Assembly (NCBI GenBank): GCA_964016885.1
Contig: OZ024741.1
Span: 199,206,001-199,270,000, forward strand
DNA from: Eledone cirrhosa
Lineage: Eukaryota
DNA length: 64,000 nt
Direction: 5' to 3'
Below the pieces are notes generated by a model. That model saw only the letters and a list, made by a program, of their open reading frames with translations, searched no databases and had not been told where the DNA came from. Shown piece after piece: positions 11,951 to 24,090 of the stretch. Both the position numbers and the translations under genes were made by a program. The stretch's first letter is position 1; each line of letters opens with the position of its first letter.

Positions 11951-14900
11951 AGAGACAAACGAAGCAGCATGTTGTTATAATGCCCCGTTATCTCTGAGTG
12001 AATTATCTTTAACAGATCCTTCCTGTTAGTTTGCTAAGTGGGTAGGAGGAAGTATAGCTTATTGGCTGAATCACTACTACCTCTCAATTCTAACAACCTT
12101 CGGACAGCAGGCCAGAAAGGGTGGGGGTGAAGAATATCATGTTAAAGAGAATGGTAATCTACCTGGGTCAAGCTAAGGTCTATACACTCACGGAAAGTAT
12201 AGAACAGATGGGGCGAATTTAGGAACATATCAAGTAGAGAAAATTCAGAGCTTAAAAGAAATTACAGGTTAAAATTGTTCAGAAGTTAAAGTTAGGGTTA
12301 ATTTTAGGAATTAAAATCAAATGTTTAAAAATGTTTAAAATTTAATTAAATAAGTAGAGTCTGCACAGTTGGTATACTAGGCAATCACCAATTAGAAAGA
12401 CCAGTTACGTTAATGATTCTAATTATAGAGTTGTGTAAATCAGGGACCTAATAAACAAATAACATGATGTTAGTTAAGCTAAGCTAAGTCACTATCTACT
12501 TTGGGTTCCTCTCGTAGTTCAATGTTATATTCCTATGGAGTGAGAGATAGTCTCGCACTATACTATATAAGTAGTATGGTATGGCTGTTAACAACAACTG
12601 AAAATGACGACCCTCCGATACACCCAGGGCTCAATGGCCCACTGACCATTCCGAGTATTACGGTATACTGTAGAAAAGGGAAATTTAACTTATTTCCAAG
12701 CACTCAAGGAGGTGAACTGACCCAGGCGCTCCGAGTGCAGCTAGAAGGGTCTGTACTGCCACCTGGTGTCATAATATATGCCATGTATTCCTAGTTATCC
12801 ATACTACTGAAGTTAATGATAAAGTCGAGAAATATCAAAACTGAAGTGATGCAGGATTTAATGGGACAAGAAAACCTTTCCACAATCCTTAGCTGCCCCT
12901 AGGTTCCATGCGGCGCTCGGTCTTAGATTCATATTGGATGTAATCCACATAGGCAAGACACATACATTCAAATGAGACTATCTCTATAATATGAAGACAC
13001 TAACGTATATTATATAGCAAATGTATCCCAAGAGGGTAGGGGGATATTTAATCGAATAAATATACATATAGTTAATGGTAAATAAGCAAAAGCGATCATA
13101 AAAACCATTTGATTGTAGGAAAGTATAATGTATCGGGGACAGAGAAAGTAAAATAATTTAGGTAAAGGTTGAGTAAAATGTCTAAAAAAAATCTAATCGT
13201 AAGCATATACAGAATGGTAGTCATGGGAGTAAAAAATATATACAATAAAAATATAAAATATAAGAATACAAAATAGCAAATTGGGTGTAACAGATAAACA
13301 AATAAACAGCAGAGCTAAAGCTTAAAGCAGTGAAGTTTAAAAATTAAAGATTAAGTTTTAAAGATATATAGTTTGAGGAGTATAGTTTGAAAAGAATAGA
13401 ATATAAGATAAGGATATAGGAATAGAGGTGATATCAGATGAGATGTAGTGTATGGTTTGAGCAGTAACCGTTTATGTATATTCCTAGAAACCAAGAACCA
13501 TAACAGTAAAATTCAGTCAGTATAGGTGTAGGATGTCAGGAAGAGTAGGGATCATGCAGATGCTTCAAAGGTCCTACGGAGTATTGATTGTTCCAAGTGT
13601 GAATATGTATTAATTCAGGCTGTGGTCTGAGTTGTGAGGCAGGCTTGCTTTTGTCAGACAAAATCCTACTGGTATGGTATCAATCCCATGGTGGTAAAGG
13701 TCCCGCATCGGTGAAAAGGCCTCTGTTCTCCTTTACATCATAAAGGGTTCAACTGGATAAGGAGCATTATTCGTTTAAATTTGGTGATTTACCACTGGCT
13801 ATAATTGGTCATTCTGCAATGTTAACCATGACTTAATATGAGAAAAGCACTCAATGTTATGCAACTCATCCATCTTTGATGTGGAATCATGTTGGTGGTG
13901 CAGGAACGGAGTCAAATGTAATATAAAGTAAAATGACCGGGGGCCAAATATGTTGAATTTCCTTAATTAATTATTTCTTCAAATACTATATATATATATA
14001 TATATATATACATATATAAAGTGAGTATTTAATCAGAGATACTGACCTCTCAAATGAACTAGGGGGCCTACATTACCATGTTCCTGCTCTCTGCATAGTG
14101 CACTGGGTACATATTTTCAAGTTTTGACACAGCTGAAGAATCTTCACAACCCCTTTGTTTGGCAAGTTTTCCACGGGCGAATGTCTCTTTCTATCACCAT
14201 CCACTTTATAGAGGATGAGGAGGTCAGAAATATAAGTGTATCATGGATAAGTGACATTAGGTGGAGGGAGAATGACAAATATGATGTCATGCATATATGA
14301 CAGGTGTGCGGGTTTCAAGTAGTGAAACACACGCACGCAAATGTAGAAAAGTAACACACGGGTTGATATATAAAAACAAATAGAGAGGAAAAAGGATTTT
14401 TTCAGTAGGAAATGGTGAAGAGATTCTTTCAGTATAATATAAAAACATTTATTTATAAAGTGGATATTTCCAACTAACAGAGAATGAAGGACAAACACGG
14501 ACAGAGATATGTATGTAAAAACTAATAATTTTCTTCCCCTTTTTATTATTCCTATAAATATGCAACATAACTACATTATGCATACTTGCAGTTGAAAAAG
14601 CATATAATGTTGAAACCAGTACCATTATTAAATGCGGAAATATCAACTTTATAAATAAATGCCTTGATATTATACTGAAAAAATCTCCCCCTTCCCCAAT
14701 TGACACTTTATAATTAATACTACTGCACCAAATGACCAGCCCTGTCCACTGTCCAGTTGGTCAAGTAGGGATTAAAATTGGCACACCCAAAATTCTTATT
14801 TAGATTTACTCATGGTATTCTCATTAGAAACCCATTATATACTTGTTTAGCAGTAAATTAATTTACCATCTGTCATATACTATCCCCTCTGTTTCTTCCT

Positions 14901-15119
14901 CTATTACTAATATAAATACTTCAATTTTTCTGATTTTATCCAATTTATCCAAAATCTCTGAAGAAGTGACAACTGATTATACATTTGCTATCGAATACTT
15001 GCTAACATTATATGATTACGCAAGCAGCGATACATAGGTATTCCGTCTGTTACAGAAACATATGTCAATACCTAATAAATTCCTTTTTAAAAAAAGCACT
15101 TTCATTTTATATTCATCCT

Positions 15120-15177
<58 letters not shown>

Positions 15178-15699
15178 TAAAATAACAGATTAAAGTTTAA
15201 GCAAAGAATCGTGGATATTTCAAAAATAAAGATAAACACAGATATGCAAAAACACAAAGTCTTATTAGTTTCATGCTTTTGACATATTGGACATCTATCT
15301 TCAGGAAATTGAATATGAGAAAAAAAAAAGTCTTTTAAGATGGGGTGTATAGACAAGTAGTCTGGCATATGGGGTTGGGGGCCAGGTGGAGAGTTGAGGT
15401 GTGTTATGGTGGCTGTTATGTCTGTGCAGATGAAGTGTATTTCATAGATATGCCTTATTGCTTGTGTGTGTGTGTGTGTATCTGCGTGTCTGTGAATATT
15501 TTATGTAGTTTTTTTGTGTGCCTGTGAGTACACATACTTATGTGCGTATGAGTGTGTGTGTATGTTTATGTATGAATGTGTGTATGTGAATATCATGGTT
15601 CTGTCAATGTTTTCTGTTTTATGTGTGTATATGTGAGTGTATATATAATATATATATGTTTTTATTTATTCTTCTTCTATTATGCTATCATCTCAGGCA

Positions 15700-16240
15700 C
15701 CTTTTTGCTCGCTGGGCAATTTGCACTTTTGAAAGTACGCAGCCACTCTTTGTCTGGTTTGTCCAGGCACTGCAGTTTGAGGTCAAGTCATGCTACATTG
15801 AGAGATTGAAGCTGAAGGCATACAGATCATCTTTAATGCAGCTCTTCCTGTGCTTCCATGGGTGGTCTCTGATTCCCTTGCCACTTGCCAATTCACCAAA
15901 CGGGACTTACTTTGGAATGTGACTATCCTCCATTCGGCATACATGGCTGAGCCATCTGAGACAGTTGTTCTGGATCATTGTTTCAACTGTAGTTTTCCTT
16001 GCATGGCATAGAACCTCTGTATTTGCCCTCTTGTGTTGCTATCTTAAGTGCCTGGCAAAAAGAGCACTTATGAAAGGCTTCTAATTTTTATAGGTGGTGA
16101 GCAAACATGAGTCACGTCTCACTGCCATACAACTGTGATGAGAGAACTATAGCTTTGTACACTGTGTGTTTGGTTGCAACAGCTAGACCTTTGTGATTCC
16201 ACATTCTGGCATTAAGAAAGCGAAAAGCAGCAGCACCACT
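15700..16240 (-). pseudogene. RTE/BovB-like LINE RT C-terminal relic
   Basis: AAAFRFLNARMWNHKGLAVATKHTVYKAIVLSSQLYGSET(W) is the RTE thumb motif; a WLSH/GHxxR-type motif lies downstream. Confidence 0.75.
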
Positions 16241-16254
16241 AGTGTGTATATATG

Positions 16255-16313
<59 letters not shown>

Positions 16314-16799
16314 AGAAGTTGAAAATACAATTGTAATCTTTAAGAAGGTTTATTTACAATAATTTATAACTTTATCAGTTTCACAACTTTCATGATTTTC
16401 AAAATTTAAGGCAGATGATCCAATTGATGTTGGGAATTTCTTTCAGTTTTATTAAAAACATGTGGCTCAGATTGCTATATGTTCGAAGTACAATTTGATA
16501 GTTTGAGGATGATCACGTGATTAGGCATCAACATTTTTTGGTAATTTGCACTAAAAATCATGTGTCATTCAGATTTTTGCAGAAAAGTGACTAAAGTTTA
16601 AAGGATAATTTCATAGGCCGAGAGTTATTATGTGTTTGGCACCGAGTTTTCTATTGTTTTTTCCCTCGTCTCTTACTCCTTTGGCGAGGGTTTGGCTTAT
16701 GCCAGATGCTGATGACCATGGGTTTCTGTGTCCTTTGGATGTATATTTATTTTTTTTAAATATTTCTTTAAATTTTTCCCTTAAAATTTGTTTTCGTTG

Positions 16800-16838
<39 letters not shown>

Positions 16839-16925
16839 CACATACATATGGGAGAGAAATATAGATGGAAAATATTTACAAAAAATATGTTTAACATTGT
16901 TTATATTATAAATGAAATCCATTAA

Positions 16926-17096
16926 CTCTTAACATCCTATACCACACAAAACCACATTAGAAAGTCATTCTCAAAAGGCATAAAATACAACTATGATGGC
17001 ATCACATTAACAATTAAAATCTTTCACGATGATCCATCAACTAAACCAAACAAGTTTTTAGATATTTACTGTTAAATCATTACAGGATGTTAAGAG
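16926..17096. mobile_element. TTAA-flanked MITE (piggyBac-like)
   Basis: TTAA|CTCTTAACATCCTATA ... TACAGGATGTTAAGAG|TTAA. Confidence 0.75.
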
Positions 17097-17833
17097 TTAA
17101 TGTATCTTGCAATTCACTATTTGAAATAAGCATTTTATCAGCTTCACCCATTCCACTTAAATAACAGGAGGAAATGCTTGTAGAGTTAAAATATTTTTGT
17201 TCTATTAAGACAATGAAATATATTTTATGAAATTATAAAGCAATAAACTTACTATATATATGATTGCATTCAAACACACACACGCACCCAAACACATACA
17301 AACGCACATACATGCAAACATGCACACACCCATATACAAACAAACAGACACACAAACACACACATAAACACACATACAAAAACACACAAATACACATACA
17401 AACAAATACACATGTGATAATAAGTGGGGAAAAATTAACAAGGGGTGCCTTCTGCACGAAGAATAGTTAAGGTGAAGCGAGCATACTAAATTGGGTAAAA
17501 AGATTTATTTAATTAAAATTATACCCCTAGTGAGAAGGAAACTCTATTAGCTCCATGATCAATCTTGGTTATTGGTAACATAATGCATCATAGAGTAATC
17601 TCCCCATGATAAATAATGCCATGTCAAGGGAAACAATTATTAAAAATTACTAGTGCACTAAAGGTTAATTGATATTGAATATGGGTAAATGCCTCTCCTG
17701 CATATCTTGACCAGAATTATCAGACAAATGGTTTCTCTTTTTCACTACAGGTGTAATTTCAGTTAAACTACTTGCTTCATAAAATTTGTTATCATTTGCT
17801 CCTCACACGATCAGACCGTCTTCCTCAGAAATA

Positions 17834-17952
17834 ATGGTTTCTTATATAGGCACAAGGCCAGTAATTTTGGGGGGAGAGGAAAGTCGATTAACTCGTCACC
17901 AGTGTGTTACTGGTACTTTATTTTATCGACCCCATAAGGATGAAAGGCAAGG
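17834..17952 (-). mobile_element. SINE family A-related 3' fragment
   Basis: CTGGTACTTTATTTTATCGACCCCATAAGGATGAAAGGCAA core. Confidence 0.7.
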
Positions 17953-18374
17953 AAGATGGTGTGCTGGATCAGGGATTTCAAGCCTAGAAATAGGTAATGA
18001 TATAACCACTACCTGCTAGTCAATATATTGATCTCCTATGATCAATCAACCCTCTGAAACGATCATAAAACAATGAATTACTGTATATACTCAAATATAA
18101 ACTAATGGTTTATGAGACTAAAAAATCGATGGTAAAATGGGGGTCAACTTATATTCGGAGTCAATATTTTGACGATTTTCACCAACTCCAAATTCTACTC
18201 AAATAAGGTGCGAAAATATCTGCTGTGATTATTTTACAGTGAAACACTGTTTTTCTACATTTACACTGTCATTGGTGTTATTTATGTATTCCCTTGAAAA
18301 TATTTCCAACAGATTTTTATTATTTGATTTTTTTTAAATACATAAATATCCCCAACACATAAATGCATACACAC

Positions 18375-18590
18375 TTTTTATTTCCCTATTTCTATTCCTA
18401 GGTGAGGGTCTATTAGAAATATATTTGATCTCTTCTCTGAATCCACTATCTTAGAGGACCTTGTTATAGTATGGCACTGCTTTCTCAAATATTTCTCTAT
18501 TAGATGATGAATTCAAGATTCTACGACTAATGTTAGGCACCAGATTTTGAAAAACTGTAGGCAGGTGGCAGGATCCTTTGTTGATATATG
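18375..18590 (-). pseudogene. Penelope-like element RT thumb/linker fragment
   Basis: YINKGSCHLPTVFQNLVPNISRRILNSSSNREIFEKAVPYYNKVL*DSGFREEIKY...PRNRNREI matches, from recall, the PLE YxxxxSxHP...ISRRIS..SS...F.KA.P.Y..AL..SGY motif. Confidence 0.75.
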
Positions 18591-18625
18591 CATATAGAGG
18601 CACATGGCTCTGTTGATATATATAT

Positions 18626-18790
18626 AGAGGCACATGGCTTAGTGGTTAGAGTATTGGGCTTGCAATCGAAAGGTTGTGAGTTCAATTCTCAGACCAGGTG
18701 ATGTGTTGTTTCCTTGAGCAAGACACTTTATTTCACATTGCTCCAGTTTACTCAGCTGTAGAAATGAGATGATAGGACTGGGTCCCTATC
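18626..18790 (+). mobile_element. tRNA-derived SINE (family B)
   Basis: TGGCTTAGTGGTTAG A-box, GAGTTCAATTC B-box, core CCTTGAGCAAGACACTTTATTTCAC. Confidence 0.8.
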
Positions 18791-19038
18791 ATTCCACTGC
18801 AAAGTGGTCGTGGAGGTGCCACGGCAAAAAAATCACCCAGCCCACACTGTAAAGTGGACGTGTAGACGCCACGGAAAAAAAGCACCCAGCACACACTGTA
18901 AATGAGGTTGGTGTTAGGAAGGGCATCCAGCTGTAGAAATCAAGCCAGAATCGGTTCCCGTCCCACCCTTGCAAGCAGGGAAAAGCGGACGTAAAATGAT
19001 GATGATAATAATGATGATGATGATGATGATGATGATGA
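18791..19038 (+). mobile_element. RTE 3' UTR fragment with (ATG)n tail
   Basis: CACACTGTAAA subrepeats, GTTGGTGTTAGGAAGGGCATCCAGCTGTAG, CGTCC...GGACG terminal stem, (GAT)n. Confidence 0.8.
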
Positions 19039-19718
19039 TATATATATATATATTTTTTTTTTGGCTGTTTAGATTTTAATCATGGGGATACTTTTAGAAG
19101 AGACTTAAATGTTTGCAAGATGACTTGCAAGTTAGATTACGCACACATATTTATTAATACATCCCATCAGAAGTTACCTCCCATGACCGTTCAAGGATAA
19201 GCAATCTACCATCTCCGTTTGTAATGAACTCCTTTAAAGTGTTTAAGGTTTTTAGATAATTAGTTTACAACTCAAGTCACATGCATATTACACACACACA
19301 CACAGATTAGCTTATAAATTAAGTCAAGCCCATAATACACATATGCACATTTCAATGTTTCTAGCCCCGACAAATTTGGAACTCAGGAATTGCATCCCTT
19401 GTTCTCAAAAAGGGCTCTCTACTGGTTTAAAACCAAATTTAGTGGGCTGACGGTTCTTATTTTTCATAATTTTGTCTTGGAATCCAATGAGAGGCCAGTA
19501 TTGAAACGGCTTCCCCACTAAACATTGGTGATCATAACTGGACCCCGAAACCTAAGGTCGTGCATACATGTTAAGTGCATGAAATTTTAATTATACTATA
19601 TGTATATCATTATCATTGTTTTTACATCCACTTTTCCACGTTTGCATGGGTAGGGCTATATATATATAGAGAGAGTAATAATAAATACAAAGACCAACAT
19701 CCAGAGAGGACTCGATAA

Positions 19719-19762
<44 letters not shown>

Positions 19763-19871
19763 GGAGGTGAGTTTTATTGTAGCACAATAAAGCAATGCAA
19801 ATATCCTACAGTTTGTAGGACTGGAGTATAAATAATATAAGATCGAAAGAATGGTTAAAAGAGTTCCAAGT

Positions 19872-19940
19872 ATTTTATTATGCGCATTTCAAAAACAAAT
19901 ATCATCATGGGATGATATCTGCGTTTTCATCAGATAAAAT
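19872..19940 (-). ncRNA. Type I hammerhead ribozyme motif
   Basis: Minus: ATTTTAT CTGATGA [16-bp stem II] GAAA TGCGCA TA ATAAAAT. Confidence 0.85.
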
Positions 19941-20063
19941 GGGATACATGACATGAAGCTTAAAAAAGTCCTGTGAATAGTGAAGTTTTAAATCAACATA
20001 TGACATGTTGATTTAAAATTTCACTATTCACAAGTGTTTTTTAAGCTTCATATCATGTATCCC

Positions 20064-20134
20064 TATTTTATCTGATGAAAACGCAGATATCATCCCATGA
20101 TGATATTTGTTTTTGAAATGCGCATAATAAAATA
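20064..20134 (+). ncRNA. Type I hammerhead ribozyme motif
   Basis: TATTTTAT CTGATGA AAACGCAGATATCATC-CCAT-GATGATATTTGTTTTT GAAA TGCGCA TA ATAAAATA. Perfect 8-bp stem I, palindromic stem III. Confidence 0.88.
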
Positions 20135-20164
20135 CTTGGAACTCTTTTAACCAGCTTTCGATCT

Positions 20165-20207
<43 letters not shown>

Positions 20208-20209
<2 letters not shown>

Positions 20210-20607
20210 TATTGGTGATCTGAAATAGCGATGTATATATGAATGTATGTATAGTATATTTGATGTTATACTGTATGTTTAATTAAAAACATTGTGAAGA
20301 CCATTCACTAGGAATTTTAAAGTAGTGACTATGTCACTTACTTATTCTTGGCAAAAACAAAGGGGAGTAATCGACAGCCCTGCTTCTTGCTCATTAGCGG
20401 TTATCAAGACTACTTACCCCTTCGCTTCTGCTGAGAATTATAGAAGCTGGATTCTTATAGAATTCCAGTAATGTTTAAGAGCTGATTAAACAGAGCGGTT
20501 GCCAGTCCAGCAAAAATTAGGTATTAGTATTGGTGCTCTGAAATAGCGATGTATATATGAATGTATGTTTAGTAAATTTGATAATATACTGTATGTTTAA
20601 TTAAAAG
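20208..20607 (-). mobile_element. Retrozyme-like unit, 318-bp period, with U3-A8 hammerhead
   Basis: ~80-bp direct repeat at 20208 and 20526; homologous to 31645-31930. Confidence 0.65.
20366..20414 (-). ncRNA. Hammerhead motif with U3-A8 core variant
   Basis: Minus: AGTAGTC TTGATAA CC-GCT-AATG-AGC-AA GAAG CAG-GG-CTG TC GATTACT; stem I extends via GGGG/CCCC. Confidence 0.65.
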
Positions 20608-20629
20608 GTAATTTAACCGGTCCATCCGC

Positions 20630-20865
20630 CCAACGACTCTCTTGTTCGGCATGGGCATACTCATTGCTAATGCCTGGTCCAAAATTCTAAACTCTGCGTT
20701 TAGCCGAGTTATGGGCCTGAAATTATCAGTTTGGTCCCTTTGTTTGGGTCCTTTTTCAGCAGCGCTACGGACAACTCGACTCACACAACTAGCAATTCTC
20801 CTGTTGTGCTGTCAGTTGGCGTAGACATCCGCTAAGATGTCGCCAAACAAGTCTGGCATGTTTCT
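20630..20865 (-). pseudogene. L1/Tx1-like non-LTR RT N-terminal fragment
   Basis: MPDLFGDILADVYAN*...LLKKDPNK..DNFRPITRLNAEFRILDQALA (RPIxLLN.. motif). Confidence 0.7.
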
Positions 20866-20868
20866 GTA

Positions 20869-20900
<32 letters not shown>

Positions 20901-21170
20901 CATTGATATACGTATATATGCAAATGCACATGTATGTAGATATGTACATATACGCATACAAACATATACTCACATATACACACACATGCATACATATACA
21001 TATATATGCATATATATTTGTATATATATACATACACATACATACATTCATACATACACATACACACACATATATATATAAATAAAATTGAATATAAAGT
21101 TTGATTGTTCTTAGCTACCACATCACAACGTATATCGTCTGCATAGTGTCCATACTATCTGTTATGACAT

Positions 21171-21361
21171 AATTGTTTCCACTTTTGGAACAAGGCCAGC
21201 AATTATCCCAGTGTATTACTGGTACTTTATTTTATCGACCCCCGTAAGGATGAAAGGCAAAGTTAACCTCGACAGCATTTGAACTCAGGCCGTAAAGGGA
21301 CGTAACTATGCTGCATAGCATGGTGTCTGACCCTCTACCAATACTGCCAATCCACCGCCCT
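21171..21361 (-). mobile_element. tRNA-derived SINE (family A), full length with TSD
   Basis: Near-identical to 6387 and 8069 copies; TSD TATCTGTTAWGAYAT on both sides. Confidence 0.85.
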
Positions 21362-21717
21362 TATCTGTTAAGATATGATGTTAGACTGTAATATAAAAAT
21401 GTTTTATTCAGTTTGTTATTATTTCATATTTTTTGTTTAAAATACATTCATTGAAGTAAAGGATATCCAGGGCTTCAGTGGCACAAAGACTACAATATCT
21501 TCTATTGCCATTATAGGACCTAGCTTATGCTAAGATCTCCCAGATCTTTTAAACTCCAGATAGAAGCTGAAAGTGAAGTCATATTCCTTGTTAAAGGGTT
21601 TCAAAATGAATAAGAATCAATGTATAAATGTTGGTTACATGTAAGACTTAGTAGTAGTGAGTGTATCAACCTTACATTTTAAACTATAGGCATACACATT
21701 CATATACATATATCATC

Positions 21718-22030
21718 ATAAGAGCACTAAGTCCACCCTATAAGATGGTTGCACTGGTAATATTACAAGAGGTAGCACTGAATCCACCCTGAAGGTGTTG
21801 TGCTAGTGGTAACACAAGTGACTCCTAATTCATCCTGTAAGATGGTCGTTTTGGTGTCACAATAAAAAGCACTCAGTCCAGACTATAACATGGTTGCTGT
21901 AAGGAAGGACATCCTGCCATTGAGACCAACTCCAAAATACAGAGGCATATGAACAATGTCTCATAATGTGACAACCAGTCTAACCCATGCAAGCAGGGGA
22001 AAATAGATTTGAAATGGTGGCGATGTTGAT
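21718..22030 (+). mobile_element. Old RTE-type 3' UTR with ~55-bp tandem subrepeats
   Basis: AGCACTAAGTCCACCCTATAAGATGGTTG-like unit x4, then GGAAGGACATCC and AACCCATGCAAGCAGGGGAAA. Confidence 0.55.
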
Positions 22031-22082
22031 TACACACTCACACACACTCACACACACACACACACACACATATATATCTTGT

Positions 22083-22200
22083 GGAGGCGTGGCTGATTGG
22101 TTAGAGAACTGGATTCGCAATCGTGAGGTTGTCAGTTCGATTCCTGGACCAGGCGATGCGTTACATCCTTGAGCAAGACACTTTATTTCACGTTGCTCCT
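22083..22200 (+). mobile_element. tRNA-derived SINE (family B), 3'-truncated
   Basis: TGGCTGATTGGTTAG, GTTCGATTCC, CCTTGAGCAAGACACTTTATTTCACG. Confidence 0.8.
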
Positions 22201-22413
22201 TCTACCTGGAGTTGCGACCAATAGATAGTATTAGCAATTGGAAAGACCAACGGAAACATTGTTTCCTCGGTCCGATTTGCCGAAAGTCGATTGACTGTTG
22301 ATACATATATATGTGTGCGTATATATATATATATATATATTTATATATGCATATGCATATAAATATATATATATTTATATGTATATATAAATATATATAT
22401 ATTTATATGTATA

Positions 22414-22483
<70 letters not shown>

Positions 22484-22521
22484 ATATTAACAAATGGAAA
22501 CTATATTTATAAAACCATATT

Positions 22522-22587
22522 TATTTCATTATACATATTTCAAGGGCCACCAGAGCAAACTATGGTGCGCTTTCATCAGATAAAATA
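22522..22587 (-). ncRNA. Type I hammerhead ribozyme motif
   Basis: Minus: TATTTTAT CTGATGA AAGCGCACCA-TAGTTTGCTC-TGGTGGCCCTT GAAA TATGTA TA ATGAAATA. Confidence 0.8.
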
Positions 22588-22701
22588 TAATATAGGTTAG
22601 TTTTATAAATAAATATTGACATACCCTTAAAAAATGCAACCATGCTGGTTGGAATCTCCTGGTTGGAATCTTCTGGTTGGAATCTCCTAATTAAATATAA
22701 C

Positions 22702-22739
<38 letters not shown>

Positions 22740-22837
22740 GCATAAATATATATATACACACATATATACATTCGCAAACACACACACATACATATATATA
22801 TTTATATGCATATATATATATGTACACATATATACAT

Positions 22838-22876
<39 letters not shown>

Positions 22877-22988
22877 CACACATACATATGTGTATATTAT
22901 TTTATATATAATGTATAATTTACATAAGTATTAGTATACATTTAAATCTATCTATCTATCTATATATATATAGATAGATATATATATA

Positions 22989-23030
<42 letters not shown>

Positions 23031-23049
23031 TATATAGATATATATTATA

Positions 23050-23081
<32 letters not shown>

Positions 23082-23131
23082 TAGATATATATATATATAT
23101 TAGATATATATATATATATTATATATATATA

Positions 23132-23194
<63 letters not shown>

Positions 23195-24024
23195 ATAAAA
23201 CGTGCACACATAGAAAGAAGTATACAAATATTTTCTTTAAGTCTCTTTAATAGAAAATGTTTAAATGTTGCCTTACTTAGACATTACTTGGTGTGTGTCT
23301 GTGTATATACTTGTTCACATACACTTATACATAGAAATCATATGTACATACACTTGCACACATCTAAGCAAACAAGCACATATGTAAACATGCTTGTAGG
23401 CAGTGATACATGCACAATTGCACGTTGGTGCATTTGCATGCATTAATAAGCATACAGAATAGGTACACACACGCAGACAGTAGTATACCACACAGAAGCT
23501 GTTACACATAGTCAGATATATTACATAGATGCATACAATGGAAGACAATGATGAGATATTCTCACATGCATACATAGAGACATGTTGATTATTAACCACA
23601 TGTTGCTTTACTACTCCTGTAGACTCATCAGGTGTCACTACCTCATCTCTTCTCCACCCTCTCACCACTTTCTTATTTCTCGCTTCTTTCTTTTCTTTTC
23701 TTACTTCATTCACATACGATTCTCAGAATTAAAATAGTTATCTCTGTAGATAACTTCTCCGCTGCATTAATACATTTCCAGTGAAGCCGGGTGTTCAAGG
23801 AACGCAGATATACTCAGATGCTGGTGTGGGAGATTTACCCTCAGCTCATCTGTCATGATGCTCTCTAACTGGCTTTACAAGTCATCTAGTCCAGTGCTGT
23901 TGTTTATTATTGTATTAAACCCCACATGGCGCCTTTAAAAATGGTATTCCTGAACACTGCACATGCGACCCTTATCGAAACATTACACACACTTGAAGAA
24001 CTATAGAAAAAGACAGTATTAAGA

Positions 24025-24090
24025 ATGGTGATACTAGTATTATGGTATACTTTTTTAGCAGCTCTATTATTGAAAATCTTGTACAACCAG
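24025..24090 (+). CDS. Candidate first coding exon (signal-peptide-like) of an unknown host gene
   Basis: AGAATGG start context, MVILVLWYTFLAALLLKILYNQ, then CAG|GTATGT donor, in a non-repetitive island (23700-24100). Confidence 0.3.

Larger units (their letters stand above)
19832..20172. repeat. ~340-bp near-perfect palindrome (168-bp arms, 5-nt loop) carrying two hammerheads
   Basis: Arms are reverse complements about 20000-20004; set within (TA)n. Confidence 0.95.

Noticed and set aside
15255-15312. Minus-strand CTGAAGA...GAAA CTAA TA
   Set aside because: Stems I and II do not pair convincingly; at best a decayed relic.
16705-16745. CTGATGA at 16709 (also 5168, 29572, 60945)
   Set aside because: No properly placed GAAA-stem III-UH with a closing stem I.
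21718-21900. Regularly spaced repeats resembling a CRISPR array (also 31280-31490, 28930-29291)
   Set aside because: Degenerate tandem subrepeats of RTE 3' UTRs or minisatellites, with no unique spacers, in eukaryotic DNA.
22083-22155. tRNA-like sequences (also 8069, 18626)
   Set aside because: They are SINE heads followed by SINE cores, not complete tRNA cloverleaves.
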